Position numbers and translations under genes: made by a program. From assembly GCF_000315625.1 (NCBI RefSeq), contig NW_005434633.1, forward strand, positions 561,921 through 611,318: a DNA stretch of 49,398 bases, given 5' to 3'. Positions within the stretch are counted from its first letter, which is position 1; each line of letters begins with the position of its first letter. The stretch comes from Guillardia theta CCMP2712 (lineage: Eukaryota > Protista > Cryptophyta). This document shows, in pieces, positions 48,112-49,398 of this stretch. The notes beneath the pieces were generated by a model. It had not been told where the DNA came from. It saw nothing but the letters and a program-made list of their open reading frames with translations, and did no database searches.

Positions 48112-49398
48112 ATGGTTCTTCAGTATGATGAAAATGTTCGCAAACTGCTGTATCGGAGATCATGCCAATACACGCAGAGCGGACTTGTGGATGCCTCTGT
48201 CCTCGAAGCTGATCTCGTCGAGAGGGTGAAGAGCTTCGCGAAGCGTTATCCGAACAGCAGGACAGCCCAGGCTTGCAAGGCTGTGGAGGGATGCACCCCC
48301 GACGCTATCGCAGAAGCCATCCGCTCGACATGTCAGCAGGCACGACGTGAGCTTCTGCAAGAAGCGATGACTGGAGGGAGTGACGCATCCAGAGAGTGGT
48401 TTATGCAGCAGATTGAGGAAGCCAAGAAGGAGAAGGTCGAGACATACACCGCCTCAGCAGGCAACGAGGTAACTTCCTTCATCTCCATGACTCTCCTGGG
48501 CATCTCCTCGGTGTATGTCAACCATGAAGAAAAGCTGAAGAAGAAATTTGAAGAGATCGGACTGATCGTAGACTCAGTGCAAGAGAGTAAAGCAATCATG
48601 TGGAAGGCTCCGTATAGACCCGAGATAGCGAGTGCTGAGGAGATCCCGGTGACTGTTTCCTTCCTCCGCAATGCACAAGCGGAGAAGCTCTGGCAGGGAA
48701 GAGAGGACTTCGCGATCGATGGTCGCAAGTTCACAGCTGTACATGTGAGCATCGTGCACGATCGATCTTTCAAGATTCGAGCCAAGAGAGGACCCTGGGG
48801 CAAAGGGGGCAGCTTGGCAGAGCTGACTCACCTGCTAACCTTGGGCGGCATGACAACGGCTGAGATAGCTGCCGTCTATCGCTATCAGCTGCTGCGCCAG
48901 TCCCTTGCAGCGGTCCAACTCCAGCCGCTGGCAGGCATGCTGGTCGCTGGGGCGCCAGGACAGCAAGTCCACAAAGGCTTAGGTCAGAAAGGCTTCATCG
49001 CTGTAGGGAGCTGCCCAGAGGCGAATGATACAGCATTTCGAGCTTTCCGAGAGAGCGAAGCGATGGAGGGAGTACACCTGACTCTGTTCAGCGAGGACCC
49101 GAAGATCAGAGAGGCGCTCGCAGTCGAGTTGACAGCTGATCGCTTTGTGTCCAGAAATAAGTTGAAGAAGGCATCAAGGATGCAGAAGAAGGCAGGCGGC
49201 AAGGACGGCAAGGAGATCAAGATCATCATCAAGTCGACGGCGGCATCTGGTCGCTTCACGAGGAAGGAGATGGAGGGGCTGTGCAACGGCGGCAACACGT
49301 CTATCGCAAGAGTCAAGAGAGTCTTGTTGGAGATCGCTAACAGGCTCGAGATCAACGTTGAAGGCATCGACATGGAGGAGGATTTGAACACCAAGTCC
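48112..49398 (+). CDS. Intronless ORF (at least 429 aa, open at window end), RRM-like, ORF1/gag-like
   Basis: Stop-free frame MVLQYDENVRKLLYRRSCQ..EEDLNTKS, missing from the ORF track because it has no stop. The segment ISMTLLGIS..EEKLKKKFEEIGLIVDSV..VTVSFLRNAQAEKLWQGREDFAIDGRKFTAV has an RRM-like pattern. Confidence 0.7.
   Translation, partial: MVLQYDENVRKLLYRRSCQYTQSGLVDASVLEADLVERVKSFAKRYPNSRTAQACKAVEGCTPDAIAEAIRSTCQQARRELLQEAMTGGSDASREWFMQQIEEAKKEKVETYTASAGNEVTSFISMTLLGISSVYVNHEEKLKKKFEEIGLIVDSVQESKAIMWKAPYRPEIASAEEIPVTVSFLRNAQAEKLWQGREDFAIDGRKFTAVHVSIVHDRSFKIRAKRGPWGKGGSLAELTHLLTLGGMTTAEIAAVYRYQLLRQSLAAVQLQPLAGMLVAGAPGQQVHKGLGQKGFIAVGSCPEANDTAFRAFRESEAMEGVHLTLFSEDPKIREALAVELTADRFVSRNKLKKASRMQKKAGGKDGKEIKIIIKSTAASGRFTRKEMEGLCNGGNTSIARVKRVLLEIANRLEINVEGIDMEEDLNTKS

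Larger units (their letters stand above)
47927..49398 (+). mobile_element. Telomere-repeat-headed dispersed element (copy B), probable non-LTR-type retroelement 5' part, truncated by window end
   Basis: Telomeric tract, then a leader shared with copy A at 22960-23130, then a long intronless ORF. Confidence 0.6.

Overview
Eukaryotic nuclear DNA: gene-dense and GC-rich, with many ~40-60 nt spliceosomal introns, microsatellite-filled larger introns and two assembly gaps. The TTTAGGG telomere motif, a signal-peptide+Phe plastid presequence and an EsV-1-7 repeat protein suggest a cryptophyte-like alga (Guillardia/Hanusia type); this is inference. Most ORFs in the supplied track are intron or microsatellite artefacts, so gene models were spliced by eye and their ends are approximate. 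Recognisable genes: an atypical CDK-like kinase, an SMCHD1/GMI1-like GHKL-ATPase/SMC-hinge protein with an extra BAH domain, an EsV-1-7 Cys-rich repeat protein, a PH-TBC RabGAP, an SDR, a PDCD2 with a TPR clamp in place of zf-MYND, ADAT1, SURF2, a myristoylated MAP3K with a START-like N-terminal domain, and a plastid-targeted NifS/SCLY-type cysteine desulfurase. The most novel signal is a dispersed element that begins with telomeric repeats. One copy has (TTTAGGG)8, a 5' leader and an intronless RRM-like ORF of at least 429 codons running off the window end. A second, inverted 5'-only copy lies 25 kb away beside a Crypton-type tyrosine recombinase relic. Two candidate GA-AG introns were also found.
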